From positions 64,001-128,000 of the forward strand of contig JBGAIQ010000008.1 of NCBI GenBank assembly GCA_044225365.1: a stretch of DNA of 64,000 nucleotides, in the 5' to 3' direction. Positions 9,831-18,683 of the stretch are shown here, in pieces. A program made the position numbers and the translations under genes. Position 1 is the first letter of the stretch, and each line of letters starts with the position of its first letter. The notes beneath the pieces were generated by a model. It searched no databases, had not been told where the DNA came from, and was given only the letters and a program-made list of their open reading frames with translations. This DNA comes from Planctomycetota bacterium. Its GTDB lineage: Bacteria; Planctomycetota; B15-G4; JADJEK01.

Positions 9831-12161
9831 ATGCGAAAACGAATCTTCCTCCCGGCGAGCCCCCTCGTCGTCGTGGCCCTTGCCGTCTCGCTGCAAGCTC
9901 GCACCCAGCAGCCCGCGACCGCGAGCAGCGTCCCGACGGAGGTGCAGCTCCCTGGAACGCAGCCGGGAGAGATCGATCCGCTCGCCACCGCGCAGTCGTG
10001 CCAGGTGTGCCATGCGAACTACGACAAGGACGTGGAGCCGTTCCATGACTGGTCGGGAAGCATGATGGCGCACGCGGCGCGCGATCCGGTGTTCTGGGCC
10101 ACGCTCGCCGTCGCGCAGCAGGACTATCCCGGAGCCGGCGACTTCTGCATCCGTTGCCACACTCCGAATGGTTGGCTCGACGGCCGCTCGACGCCCAACA
10201 ACGGATCGGCCCTGAATGCGACGGCCGACAGCGACGGCGTCACCTGTGCGGCCTGTCACAAGCTCACGAATCCCGACCAGTCCGAATGGGTCGGCATGCA
10301 GAACGCGCCGTACCTCGCGCACGACAAGAAGACTCCGAAGACGGGCTTCTACGGCAGCGGGATGTACGTCATGTGGCCCGGCTACGACCTGCTCGGTCCC
10401 TTCCTCGACTCCCCGGCCTACCATCTCGCGCAACAGTCCCAATACCATCGTTCGGCGCAGCTCTGCGGCACGTGCCACGACGTCTCGAATCCCGTGACGG
10501 GCGACCTCGCCCCGAACAACGGCGCATTCACGCCCCTGCTACCCGGCACCTTCAACGGCCAACCCGGCGGCGCGGTGTCGACGAAGGCCGCGTTCAACAA
10601 CTACCCGCACGCGTACGGCGTCGTCGAGCGCACCTACAGCGAACATCAATCGTCCGGCTTCAAGGATCTCCGCGTCTCCGACTTCGACCAGTTGCCGCAG
10701 GAGATGCGACAAGGCTCGATCCGCGATGCCTACGAGGCGGCGATGAAGTCGACGAAGACGGGCGACTACGAGGACGGCACGCCTCGCACCTACACCTGCC
10801 AGTCCTGCCACATGCCGCCAACGCAGGGATTCGCCGATGCGCTCGGCGTCGGTCCGAAGCGCCTGGACATCGCACGCCACTCGCTCGTGGGCGGGAACTA
10901 CTGGACGCCACTCGCGATCGCGAACCTCGACAGTCAGAACAAGCTGACCTTTGGCGGTGGCCTCGCCAGCGATCAGCTCGAAGGGCTCAGCGATGGCGCC
11001 GTGCGCGCGAAGCACAATCTCGAGCGCGCCGCTGCTCTCTCGGTCTCTGGCAATCAGCTCGAGGTCACGAACCTGACCGGCCACAAGTTGATCTCGGGTT
11101 ATCCCGAGGGTCGCCGCATGTGGCTGCACACCCGCTGGTACGACGTCAACGGCAACCTGCTGCGCGAAGACGGAGCCTACGGTGATCTCGCCGTCACGGT
11201 GAACGGGCAAGCGACGACGGTTCGCACGATCCTCGATCTCTTCGATCCGAACACCCGGATCTACGAAGCGCAGCCGGGCATCTCTCAAGCGTTCGCCGCG
11301 AAGCTCCTCGCGCTCGGCAAGAGCCCGACCCTGCCCGTGGCTTTCGACCGAGTGACGGGCAACGTGACGGCGACGCTCGCCGACGTCGGCAACGGCGCGC
11401 CAGGGACCGCGCACCCGACTTTCCACTTCGCGCTCAACGACACGATCCTCTCCGACAATCGGATCCCGCCCTATGCGTTCTCGCGGAAAGAAGCGTCGAA
11501 GCGCAATGCGCTCCCGGTTCCCGCGAGCCAGTACGGCGATCCACCGGCCGACGGAACCTATCGCTGCTACGACGACATCCCGCTGCATCCGCCGACGAAT
11601 GCCGCGTTCGCGAAGATCGATCTCCTCTATCAGCCGACGAGTTGGGAGTACATCCAGTTCCTTCTGCAGTCCAACACGGGACAGGATGCGTTCCTCGCGA
11701 ACACCGGCAGCGATCTCTACACGGCATGGCGACAGACGGGGATGGCGGAGCCGCACGTGATGGCGTCCGCGACCTGGTCGAGCGCGACCTTCCCGTGGGC
11801 CGATCTCGGCAACGCGGTCGTCGGCAAGGACGGCGCGCCCCGCGCCTACGGCTACGGCTCGCTCGCGCCGCGCACTCCGCTCGCGATCGACCTCGAGAAC
11901 GGCGCGCCGAACGCGCCGGCGTTCCTCGTCATCGGCCTGTCCGCCGCGAATCACTCGTTCTACAGCGGAACGCTGGTGCCCGCGCCCGATCTCGTGCTGC
12001 CGCTTCCACCGCTCGATGCGACGGGCAAGCTGCATCTCGTCGGCAAGTGGCCCGCGGCCGTGCCCTCGCAGTTCGCGATGTACGCACAGTTCGTCCTCGC
12101 CGATGACGCGGCGCAGGGCGGTGTGGCGCTCTCCAACGCGCTGCGCGCTACGTCCCCCTGA
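9831..12161 (+). CDS. Secreted pentaheme c-type cytochrome with ~120-aa C-terminal domain
   Basis: Signal peptide; five CxxCH motifs (CQVCH, CIRCH, CAACH, CGTCH, CQSCH); WSGSMMAHAARDPVF (c554-like) and NLTGHKLISGYPEGRR. Confidence 0.9.
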   Translation: MRKRIFLPASPLVVVALAVSLQARTQQPATASSVPTEVQLPGTQPGEIDPLATAQSCQVCHANYDKDVEPFHDWSGSMMAHAARDPVFWATLAVAQQDYPGAGDFCIRCHTPNGWLDGRSTPNNGSALNATADSDGVTCAACHKLTNPDQSEWVGMQNAPYLAHDKKTPKTGFYGSGMYVMWPGYDLLGPFLDSPAYHLAQQSQYHRSAQLCGTCHDVSNPVTGDLAPNNGAFTPLLPGTFNGQPGGAVSTKAAFNNYPHAYGVVERTYSEHQSSGFKDLRVSDFDQLPQEMRQGSIRDAYEAAMKSTKTGDYEDGTPRTYTCQSCHMPPTQGFADALGVGPKRLDIARHSLVGGNYWTPLAIANLDSQNKLTFGGGLASDQLEGLSDGAVRAKHNLERAAALSVSGNQLEVTNLTGHKLISGYPEGRRMWLHTRWYDVNGNLLREDGAYGDLAVTVNGQATTVRTILDLFDPNTRIYEAQPGISQAFAAKLLALGKSPTLPVAFDRVTGNVTATLADVGNGAPGTAHPTFHFALNDTILSDNRIPPYAFSRKEASKRNALPVPASQYGDPPADGTYRCYDDIPLHPPTNAAFAKIDLLYQPTSWEYIQFLLQSNTGQDAFLANTGSDLYTAWRQTGMAEPHVMASATWSSATFPWADLGNAVVGKDGAPRAYGYGSLAPRTPLAIDLENGAPNAPAFLVIGLSAANHSFYSGTLVPAPDLVLPLPPLDATGKLHLVGKWPAAVPSQFAMYAQFVLADDAAQGGVALSNALRATSP

Positions 12162-12936
12162 TCTCCGACTCGGGCGACACGCGCCCCACTCTCATCGCGA
12201 TCGGGAATCGCACGGCGACCATCGAACGTTCGCCGCCGGCGAGACTCGCGAGATGTTGGGCGAACTCTTCGAACACGCCGCGGCGCCCCGCTCGCTCGAG
12301 TGCCCGCACCGCGGACCAGGTGTCGACGTAGGACAGGAAGTCGGCGACCGTCTGGGTCCGCTCGATCCGGAAGGGCGGCGCCGCGATCTCGGCGAACGGG
12401 AACTCGAGGTCACCGTAGCCCCGATCGACGTGCCGACGTTCCGGAGGCCAGTATCCGGCGAGCTCTACGTCGTAGAACTCCCGCAGCAGATCATCGAGCG
12501 CCGGGTCGCCGAGCGCCGAGCGCGGGTAGGTGATGAGCGCGACGAGTGCGCCCGCGCGGGCGACGCGGCGGATCTCGGTGAACCAGGCATCGCGGTCGAA
12601 CCAGTGAGCGGCCTGGGCGGAGACGACGAGGTCGACGGAGTCGGCGGGAAGCGCACTGTGCTCGACGCGACCCACCTCGTATCGAACGTTCGGCGCGCGC
12701 TTCGCGCGGGCGATCTGCTCGGCGCTCGCATCCGTGCCGATCACGCGGGTGAACCACTCCGAGAGCAGGAGGGTCATCTGTCCGGATCCGCATCCGCAGT
12801 CCCAGGCGAGATCCCGCCGCTCGCTCTGCGCGACGATCCACGACACCAGCTCTCGAGGGTAGACGGGGCGGAACTCGGCGTAGCCCTTGGCGTGGCAAGA
12901 GAAGTGATCCTGGAACCCGGGGTCGTCGGAAGCCAT
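12148..12936 (-). CDS. Class I SAM-dependent methyltransferase
   Basis: DHFS...YAEFRPVYP, AWDCGCGSGQ, SAQAAHWFD; overlaps the cytochrome 3' end convergently. Confidence 0.88.
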   Translation of the reverse strand: MASDDPGFQDHFSCHAKGYAEFRPVYPRELVSWIVAQSERRDLAWDCGCGSGQMTLLLSEWFTRVIGTDASAEQIARAKRAPNVRYEVGRVEHSALPADSVDLVVSAQAAHWFDRDAWFTEIRRVARAGALVALITYPRSALGDPALDDLLREFYDVELAGYWPPERRHVDRGYGDLEFPFAEIAAPPFRIERTQTVADFLSYVDTWSAVRALERAGRRGVFEEFAQHLASLAGGERSMVAVRFPIAMRVGRVSPESEIRGT

Positions 12937-13103
12937 GCTCGCCATCGCGGACCATCGTAGGCGCGACGCGAAATCTTTTCTCTCCGCCTTCTCGGGGGAT
13001 GGAAGCGATTGCGCCGAGGGCAAGGTTTCGACCCGTGCCCCCCGTTCGGCGCGAACCCCGCTTGGAGAACGAGATACGGAAGTCCAAGCCGCGTTCCACG
13101 CTC

Positions 13104-13120
13104 CGGCACGGCGGTCGCAT
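13104..13120 (+). promoter_or_regulatory. Putative sigma54 (-24/-12) promoter for the flg operon
   Basis: CGGCACGGCGGTCGCAT versus consensus TGGCACG-N4-TTGCW, with exact GG..GC spacing, ~56 nt before the flgF ATG. Confidence 0.5.
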
Positions 13121-13175
13121 TCGAGCGCTCGGCCACCCTGAGGCGAACGACGCTCGCGGTGACCAGGAGTGTTCG

Positions 13176-13883
13176 ATGAACGTCGGAATGCTGAATGCCG
13201 CCTCCGCCCTCGAGCTCATCTCGAAGATGCAGGACGCGCACGCCGAGAACCTCGCCAATGCGGCGACGACCGGCTTCAAGAAGCGACTGTCGTCCGCGGA
13301 GGTCTTCTCCAACGCCCTTCGCCAGGCTTCGGGTCTCATCGTGCCGAAGTCGAGCGAGTCGCTCGACTTCACCGAAGGCCAGATCCGCGACACCGGTGAA
13401 CCGCTCGACGTCGCCATCCATGGCAAGGGTTTCTTCGCGATCGAGACGCCTGAGGGTGAACGCTACACGCGAGCGGGCGCCTTCAATCAGACGGCGGACG
13501 GGTTCCTCGTCGACCTCCAGGGGAACAAGGTTGCGGGCGAGACGGGACCGATCCAGCTCGACCCCGCGCGCGGCAAGGCGACGATCGATCAGAAGGGCCA
13601 GATCTTCCAGGAGTCCGAATCCGTCGGAACCTTGAAGATCGTCGAGTTCAAGGACGCGCATCAGCTCGTGGCGGAGAGCGCCGGCCTCTTCCGAGCGCCG
13701 CGCGGCGTGGCGCCGGAGAAGCCGAAGGACTCGACGGTGCATCAGGCCAGTCTCGAGGCGTCCAACGTCGACGTCGTCGACGAACTCGTCCAGATGATCA
13801 ACGGCTTTCGCTCGTTCGAAGCCGCGCAACGCACGCTCAACGGAATCGACCGGGTGAAGAACCAGTCGGTCAGCTCGCGCTGA
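13176..13883 (+). CDS. flgF: Flagellar basal-body rod protein FlgF
   Basis: AGGAG RBS; ENLANAATTGFKK, PLDVAIHGKGFF, YTRAGAF, LEASNVDVVDELVQMI; precedes flgG. Confidence 0.88.
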   Translation: MNVGMLNAASALELISKMQDAHAENLANAATTGFKKRLSSAEVFSNALRQASGLIVPKSSESLDFTEGQIRDTGEPLDVAIHGKGFFAIETPEGERYTRAGAFNQTADGFLVDLQGNKVAGETGPIQLDPARGKATIDQKGQIFQESESVGTLKIVEFKDAHQLVAESAGLFRAPRGVAPEKPKDSTVHQASLEASNVDVVDELVQMINGFRSFEAAQRTLNGIDRVKNQSVSSR

Positions 13884-13954
13884 TCGCGCGATTCGTTCCG
13901 CTTCCTTCGATTCGTCCGAAGAGTCCACCTACTCGCTTTCGGGAGTGATGAGTC

Positions 13955-14743
13955 ATGATGAGGGCCTTGTACACGGCCGCGACCGGGATGAAGGGACAGC
14001 AGACCACGGTCGACGTCCTCGCGAACAACATCGCGAACGTCAACACGAGCGGCTTCAAGCGCAGCCGCGTCAACTTCCAGGACCTGCTGTACGTCAACCT
14101 GAAGCCGGCCGGCGACGCATCGCAGGGCGTCGCGTCGCCCACCGGATTCGAGATCGGCTCCGGCGTGCGCTCGGTCTCCACGACTCGCATCTTCAATCAA
14201 GGAGCGTCGGAGGGCACGGATCGACAGCTCGACGTGGCCATCCAGGGTGACGGCTTCTTCCAGGTGACGCTGCCGGACGGGACGAACGCCTATACCCGCG
14301 ACGGCGCGTTCAACATGGACAGCCAGCAGAACCTCGTGACGAGCGAGGGCTACTTCCTCTCACCGAAGCTCACGCTTCCGCCCAACGTGAAGACGATCGG
14401 AATCAGCCCCGAAGGCGTCGTCACGGTGACGACGGCCGACGACCCGTCGACGCAGACCCAGGTCGGCCAGCTCCAGCTCGCGATGTTCCCGAATCCGAGC
14501 GGACTCGAAGCGATCGGCAGCAACCTGCTGCGCCAGACTCCCGCCTCGGGCGCGGCGACGCTCGTGAATGGCGGTCAGTCCGGCTCCGGCACGCTCGCCC
14601 AGGGCTACCTCGAGCGCAGCAACGTCGACGTCGTCAACGAACTCGTGAACCTCATCGTCGCACAGCGCGCCTACGAAGTGAACTCGCGCGCGATCCGCAC
14701 CAGCGACGAGATGCTGTCGCAGGTCAACAACCTCATCCGGTGA
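13955..14743 (+). CDS. flgG: Flagellar distal rod protein FlgG
   Basis: MMRALYTAATGMKGQQ..DVLANNIANVNTSGFKRSRVNFQDLLY; LERSNVDVVNELVNLIVAQRAYEVNSR. Confidence 0.97.
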   Translation: MMRALYTAATGMKGQQTTVDVLANNIANVNTSGFKRSRVNFQDLLYVNLKPAGDASQGVASPTGFEIGSGVRSVSTTRIFNQGASEGTDRQLDVAIQGDGFFQVTLPDGTNAYTRDGAFNMDSQQNLVTSEGYFLSPKLTLPPNVKTIGISPEGVVTVTTADDPSTQTQVGQLQLAMFPNPSGLEAIGSNLLRQTPASGAATLVNGGQSGSGTLAQGYLERSNVDVVNELVNLIVAQRAYEVNSRAIRTSDEMLSQVNNLIR

Positions 14744-15678
14744 TCGCGATGCTCTCCATCCTCCTCGCTCACGCCTGTCTCCACCTCGCTCTCGCGACGG
14801 ACGGTGCGTCGTCGATCCGACTCCCCGACGAGGCGACGACGCCAGGCAACCGCATCCGCCTGCGCGACCTACTCTCGGACAGCGAGGAGAAGAAGCTCGA
14901 CGTCGACCTCCTCAATCTCGACCTGGGCCGCGCGCCGTCGCCCGGCTTCGGCCGCTCGATCGATCGCCGCTTGATCGAATCGCTCGCACCGAATCTCAAG
15001 TTCGATGGCGCAACGGCGACGATCGTCCGCTCGGAGACCGTGACGATCGACTCCAAGGACATCGAGAAGGCCGCGCGCGAACTCCTCGACAAGAGCTCCC
15101 TCATTCACGAGGGAACGACGGTCGAACTCACCTTGCCCGCGCGTTCCGTCGAAGTCGCGAAGGGCCGCGACTCGCGCAAGCTCGTCCCGAAGCTCCGTGG
15201 CGCGCCCACCTGCCGTGGACCGGTATCGATCCAGATCGACATCGAAGTCGACGGTCAGCTCGTCCGCACGGCGCAGGTCGGATACATGCTCCGCACGAAA
15301 GACAAGATCGCCGTTCTGAAGTGCGATCTGCCGCGCGGACAAGAACTCACCGAGAATCACTTCGAACTGGTGATGCTCGACACCACGAATGTGGCGTCCG
15401 CTCAAGTCGATCCGACGCTCGTCATCGGCCAGATGGCGAAGCACGACCTGAAGGCTGGCGCTCCATTGCGCGTCGAGGACTTCGCGCCGGACGCGATCAT
15501 CCGTCGCGGCGACAACGTCCGCATCCTGTATCGCTGCGGCGGGCTCGAGCTCGAGAGTCGCGGCACCGCGAAGTCCGCGGGTGCGCTCGGCGAGTCGATC
15601 CGCGTCGAGAACGCCGATTCGAAGAAGACGATCACGGCCCGCGTCGCGGGTCCCGGGCTCGTCGTGATCCAAGGCTGA
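14740..15678 (+). CDS. flgA: P-ring formation chaperone FlgA
   Basis: Signal peptide; C-terminal IIRRGDNVRI...GTAKSAGALGESIRVENADSKKTITARV; synteny. Confidence 0.9.
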   Translation: MIAMLSILLAHACLHLALATDGASSIRLPDEATTPGNRIRLRDLLSDSEEKKLDVDLLNLDLGRAPSPGFGRSIDRRLIESLAPNLKFDGATATIVRSETVTIDSKDIEKAARELLDKSSLIHEGTTVELTLPARSVEVAKGRDSRKLVPKLRGAPTCRGPVSIQIDIEVDGQLVRTAQVGYMLRTKDKIAVLKCDLPRGQELTENHFELVMLDTTNVASAQVDPTLVIGQMAKHDLKAGAPLRVEDFAPDAIIRRGDNVRILYRCGGLELESRGTAKSAGALGESIRVENADSKKTITARVAGPGLVVIQG

Positions 15679-15744
15679 CCCGTCATGGATCTCCGCACCG
15701 TTCGCTCCAAGAACTCCCCCGCTGAAACCGGAAACGAGACCGTG

Positions 15745-16419
15745 ATGCAAGGCAGATCGCACACCATCCAGAACGCCAGGACGACCGCGCTCCTCGCCGG
15801 CGCCTTCCTCGTGCTCGCGTCCACCGCGCGCGCCGACTCCTTGTGGCAGCGCGGAAAGGCGAACCCCGTTTCGCTGGTCTCCGACAACCGCGCGCGACGA
15901 ATCGGTGACATCGTCACGATCGTGATCGACGAGAAGCAGAAGGTGAAGAACGGCGAGAACATGAAGACGCAGAAGACGTCGAGCGCCGACGGATCGCTCG
16001 TCTTCACTCCTGCGGAGAAGCTCGTCCACGAGGCGAATCAGCTCGAGGGGATCGACGACGCCGAGAATCCGCTCGACTCGCTCCTCCCGATCTCGCTGAC
16101 GTCGCAGCGCGACTTCGAGGGCAAGGCGGACTTCAACAAGGAAGGGTCGTTCACGACCCGCATCACCTCGGTCGTCATCGACGTCCAACCGAACGGCAAC
16201 CTCGTCGTCGAGGGCAAGCGCCGCGTCGTCATCGACGGCGAAGAGAAGTGGATGACGATCACCGGGCTCGTGCGCAGCTTCGACGTGAGCTCGGACAACA
16301 ACGTCGCCTCGGCGCTCGTCGCCAACGCGCAGGTCCAGTACAGCTCCGACGGTCCCCTCGCGAAGAACACTTCACGCGGCTGGCTCGATCGCTTCATCGA
16401 TTTCATCTGGCCGTTCTGA
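15745..16419 (+). CDS. flgH: Flagellar L-ring protein FlgH
   Basis: DNRARRIGDIVTIVIDE, VIDVQPNGNLVVEGKR, ITGLVRSFDVSSDNNV, GWLDRFIDFIWPF. Alternative start 15685. Confidence 0.93.
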   Translation: MQGRSHTIQNARTTALLAGAFLVLASTARADSLWQRGKANPVSLVSDNRARRIGDIVTIVIDEKQKVKNGENMKTQKTSSADGSLVFTPAEKLVHEANQLEGIDDAENPLDSLLPISLTSQRDFEGKADFNKEGSFTTRITSVVIDVQPNGNLVVEGKRRVVIDGEEKWMTITGLVRSFDVSSDNNVASALVANAQVQYSSDGPLAKNTSRGWLDRFIDFIWPF

Positions 16420-16428
16420 GGGATCGCG

Positions 16429-17571
16429 ATGCTGCTCCTCCTCCCCATCCTCACCGCGTTCCTCGCGCAGGTCCCCGCCCCGCCCGCGGACGCGGCCCGC
16501 GCGCCTTCCGGTCTCGTTCGAGACGTCGTTCCCGGCCCCGGCCTGACCCGGATCGGCGACGTCACGCACATCAAGGGCATGCGGAACAACGACCTCTTCG
16601 GCACGGGCATCGTCGTCGGTCTCAACAACACCGGAGACTCGTCGAAGGTCACGCGCCGGGCGGTAGCGAACCTGCTCGCGAAGCAGAACATCCAGGTCTC
16701 GCCACAGGACGTCAAGGACGGGGCCGCGGCCCTCGTCATGGTGACGGCAAAGCTCCCGCCGTTCATGAAGGAAGGCGACACGATCGACATCACCGTCTCG
16801 ACGCTCGGCGACGCACAGAGTCTGTTCGGCGGCACACTGCTCCCCACTCAACTCGCAGGCGTCGATGGCAACGTCTGGGCGAACGCACAGGGTGCGGTCA
16901 CGGTCGGCGGGTTCTCGGCCTCTGGCAGTTCCGCGAGCGTCAACCAGAACCATCCGACCGTCGGCCTGATCCGCAACGGAGCCACGGTCGAAGAAGAGCT
17001 TCCGGCACACATCGTCGAGAACGGCACCTTCGAGCTTCGCCTCGCCGATCCCGATTTCGAGACCGCGCGCCGCATCGCCGACTCGATCAACGAACTCGCG
17101 AAGGACTCCGCTTCGACGGTGGATCCCGCCGCCGTCACGGTGAAGATCCCGTCGCAACTCAGCACCAAGGAACAGACGGGTTTCATCGCCGCCGTCAACG
17201 AACTGCTCGTTCGCCCGCACAGTCGAGCGCGCATCATCGTGAACGAGAAGAGCGGAACGATCGTCGCGGGAGAGAGCGTGCGCATCGGTCGCTGCGCGAT
17301 CGCCCACGGCAACCTGACCGTCACCATCTCCGAATCCCCTGCCGTCTCGCAACCCGGCCCGCTCTCCAATGGCACGACGACCACCGTGCCGCGAACCGAC
17401 CTCAAGACCGAGTCGGAGGCGAGCGGTCTCTCCGTGATGCCCGAGACCACGACGATCGGCGAACTCGCGTCCGCGCTCAACGCGCTCGGCGCAACTCCGC
17501 GCGATCTGATCTCGATCCTCCAGGCGATGTCGTCGGCCGGTGCCCTGCACGCCGAATTGGAGGTCCGATGA
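16429..17571 (+). CDS. flgI: Flagellar P-ring protein FlgI
   Basis: GTGIVVGLNNTGDS, VMVTAKLPPF, LGDAQSLFGGTLL, IIVNEKSGTIVAG, LNALGATPRDLISILQAM..AGALHAEL. Confidence 0.97.
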   Translation: MLLLLPILTAFLAQVPAPPADAARAPSGLVRDVVPGPGLTRIGDVTHIKGMRNNDLFGTGIVVGLNNTGDSSKVTRRAVANLLAKQNIQVSPQDVKDGAAALVMVTAKLPPFMKEGDTIDITVSTLGDAQSLFGGTLLPTQLAGVDGNVWANAQGAVTVGGFSASGSSASVNQNHPTVGLIRNGATVEEELPAHIVENGTFELRLADPDFETARRIADSINELAKDSASTVDPAAVTVKIPSQLSTKEQTGFIAAVNELLVRPHSRARIIVNEKSGTIVAGESVRIGRCAIAHGNLTVTISESPAVSQPGPLSNGTTTTVPRTDLKTESEASGLSVMPETTTIGELASALNALGATPRDLISILQAMSSAGALHAELEVR

Positions 17572-18188
17572 ACGTCGACACGATCTCTCGCGCCGCATCG
17601 CCCGCGGACGGTCGGCCCGATGCCGGCACGGCCGTCTCGCAGTCGTCGCGACGTCCGCAAGCCGTCCCGGCGAGCGTGTTCGACTCGATCAACTCCGCGA
17701 AGCTCGACGGCGCGATGAACCGCGCGCACGGCGTGCCGACGTGGAAGAAGCCCCTCGACGAGAAGCTCGTCTCCGCGGCACGCTCCCTCGCGGATGCGAA
17801 GGTCGATATCGAAGGAAAGAAGGTCTCCGCCGCGACGAAGAAGCAGCACGAAGTGAAGGAGGCTGCGAACCGCCCCGACATCCAGAAGGTCGCGACGGAC
17901 TTCTCGAGCCTTCTCGTGCAGCAACTCGTTCGCGAGATGTTCGAGACCGTGAAGGAAGGCGAGGGACCGTTCGGCGAAGGACCTGGCAACGACATCTCGC
18001 GAGGCATCGCCGAGACCTCGTTCTCGCAATCACTCGCGGAGAGCGGCATGGCGTCGCTGAAGGACGCGATCGCACGCGCGATCGGCGAACACGCTCCTCC
18101 GGCCGCTGACACCCCGACTGCGCCCGCACCCTCCGACTTCGCCCCGCTCGTGACGCCGCAAATTTCCACGAAGGAGACCTCGCGATGA
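17568..18188 (+). CDS. flgJ: FlgJ-like rod-binding protein (no muramidase domain)
   Basis: ATG overlaps the flgI stop; IQKVATDFSSLLVQQLVREMFETV...FGEG is the rod-binding motif; synteny. Confidence 0.75.
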   Translation: MNVDTISRAASPADGRPDAGTAVSQSSRRPQAVPASVFDSINSAKLDGAMNRAHGVPTWKKPLDEKLVSAARSLADAKVDIEGKKVSAATKKQHEVKEAANRPDIQKVATDFSSLLVQQLVREMFETVKEGEGPFGEGPGNDISRGIAETSFSQSLAESGMASLKDAIARAIGEHAPPAADTPTAPAPSDFAPLVTPQISTKETSR

Positions 18189-18673
18189 AACCGCTCACCC
18201 GTTGCTGCGACGAGCTGCGGCGCCGCCTCCTCGCGGCCATCGAGGTCGAGAGTTCCCTCGCCGGCAAGCTACGCGAGCACGAACACGCCTTGATGCATGG
18301 CGAAGTCGAGCGGATCCTCTCGCTCAACGCCGAACTCGACACCTATCTCGGCACGCTGCGCGAAGTCGCCGTCTCGCTCCAGGAGTCCGCGATCCAACTC
18401 GCCGAACTCCTGAACCTCCCGAGCCGGACGCCGCTGAAGGAATCCCTCGTGCGGCTTCCGCCTCACGAACGCGACGAACTCATCGCGCTGCGACAACGAC
18501 TCCTGCTCTCGCGGCGGGCGGCGCAGAACGCTTCCGACAAGAACGCGCAGATCGCTCGCGCCTCGCTCGACGCGATCCAAGGCATGCGCGAACTGCTGGG
18601 ACAGCCGCTGAGCGAAGCCGGCGCCGTTGCCGAACCCGCGGGGATCTCGGGCCGCCTGGACGCGGAAGCGTGA
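18185..18673 (+). CDS. flgN: Flagellar export chaperone FlgN
   Basis: Helical 162-aa protein immediately before flgK; ends ISGRLDAEA. Confidence 0.7.
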   Translation: MKPLTRCCDELRRRLLAAIEVESSLAGKLREHEHALMHGEVERILSLNAELDTYLGTLREVAVSLQESAIQLAELLNLPSRTPLKESLVRLPPHERDELIALRQRLLLSRRAAQNASDKNAQIARASLDAIQGMRELLGQPLSEAGAVAEPAGISGRLDAEA

Positions 18674-18683
18674 GGAGCTAGCG

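Noticed and set aside
16248-17567. Long Arg-rich alternative-frame ORFs here and throughout the window
   Set aside because: Low-complexity R/A/G/P translations overlapping well-supported genes; GC-bias artefacts.
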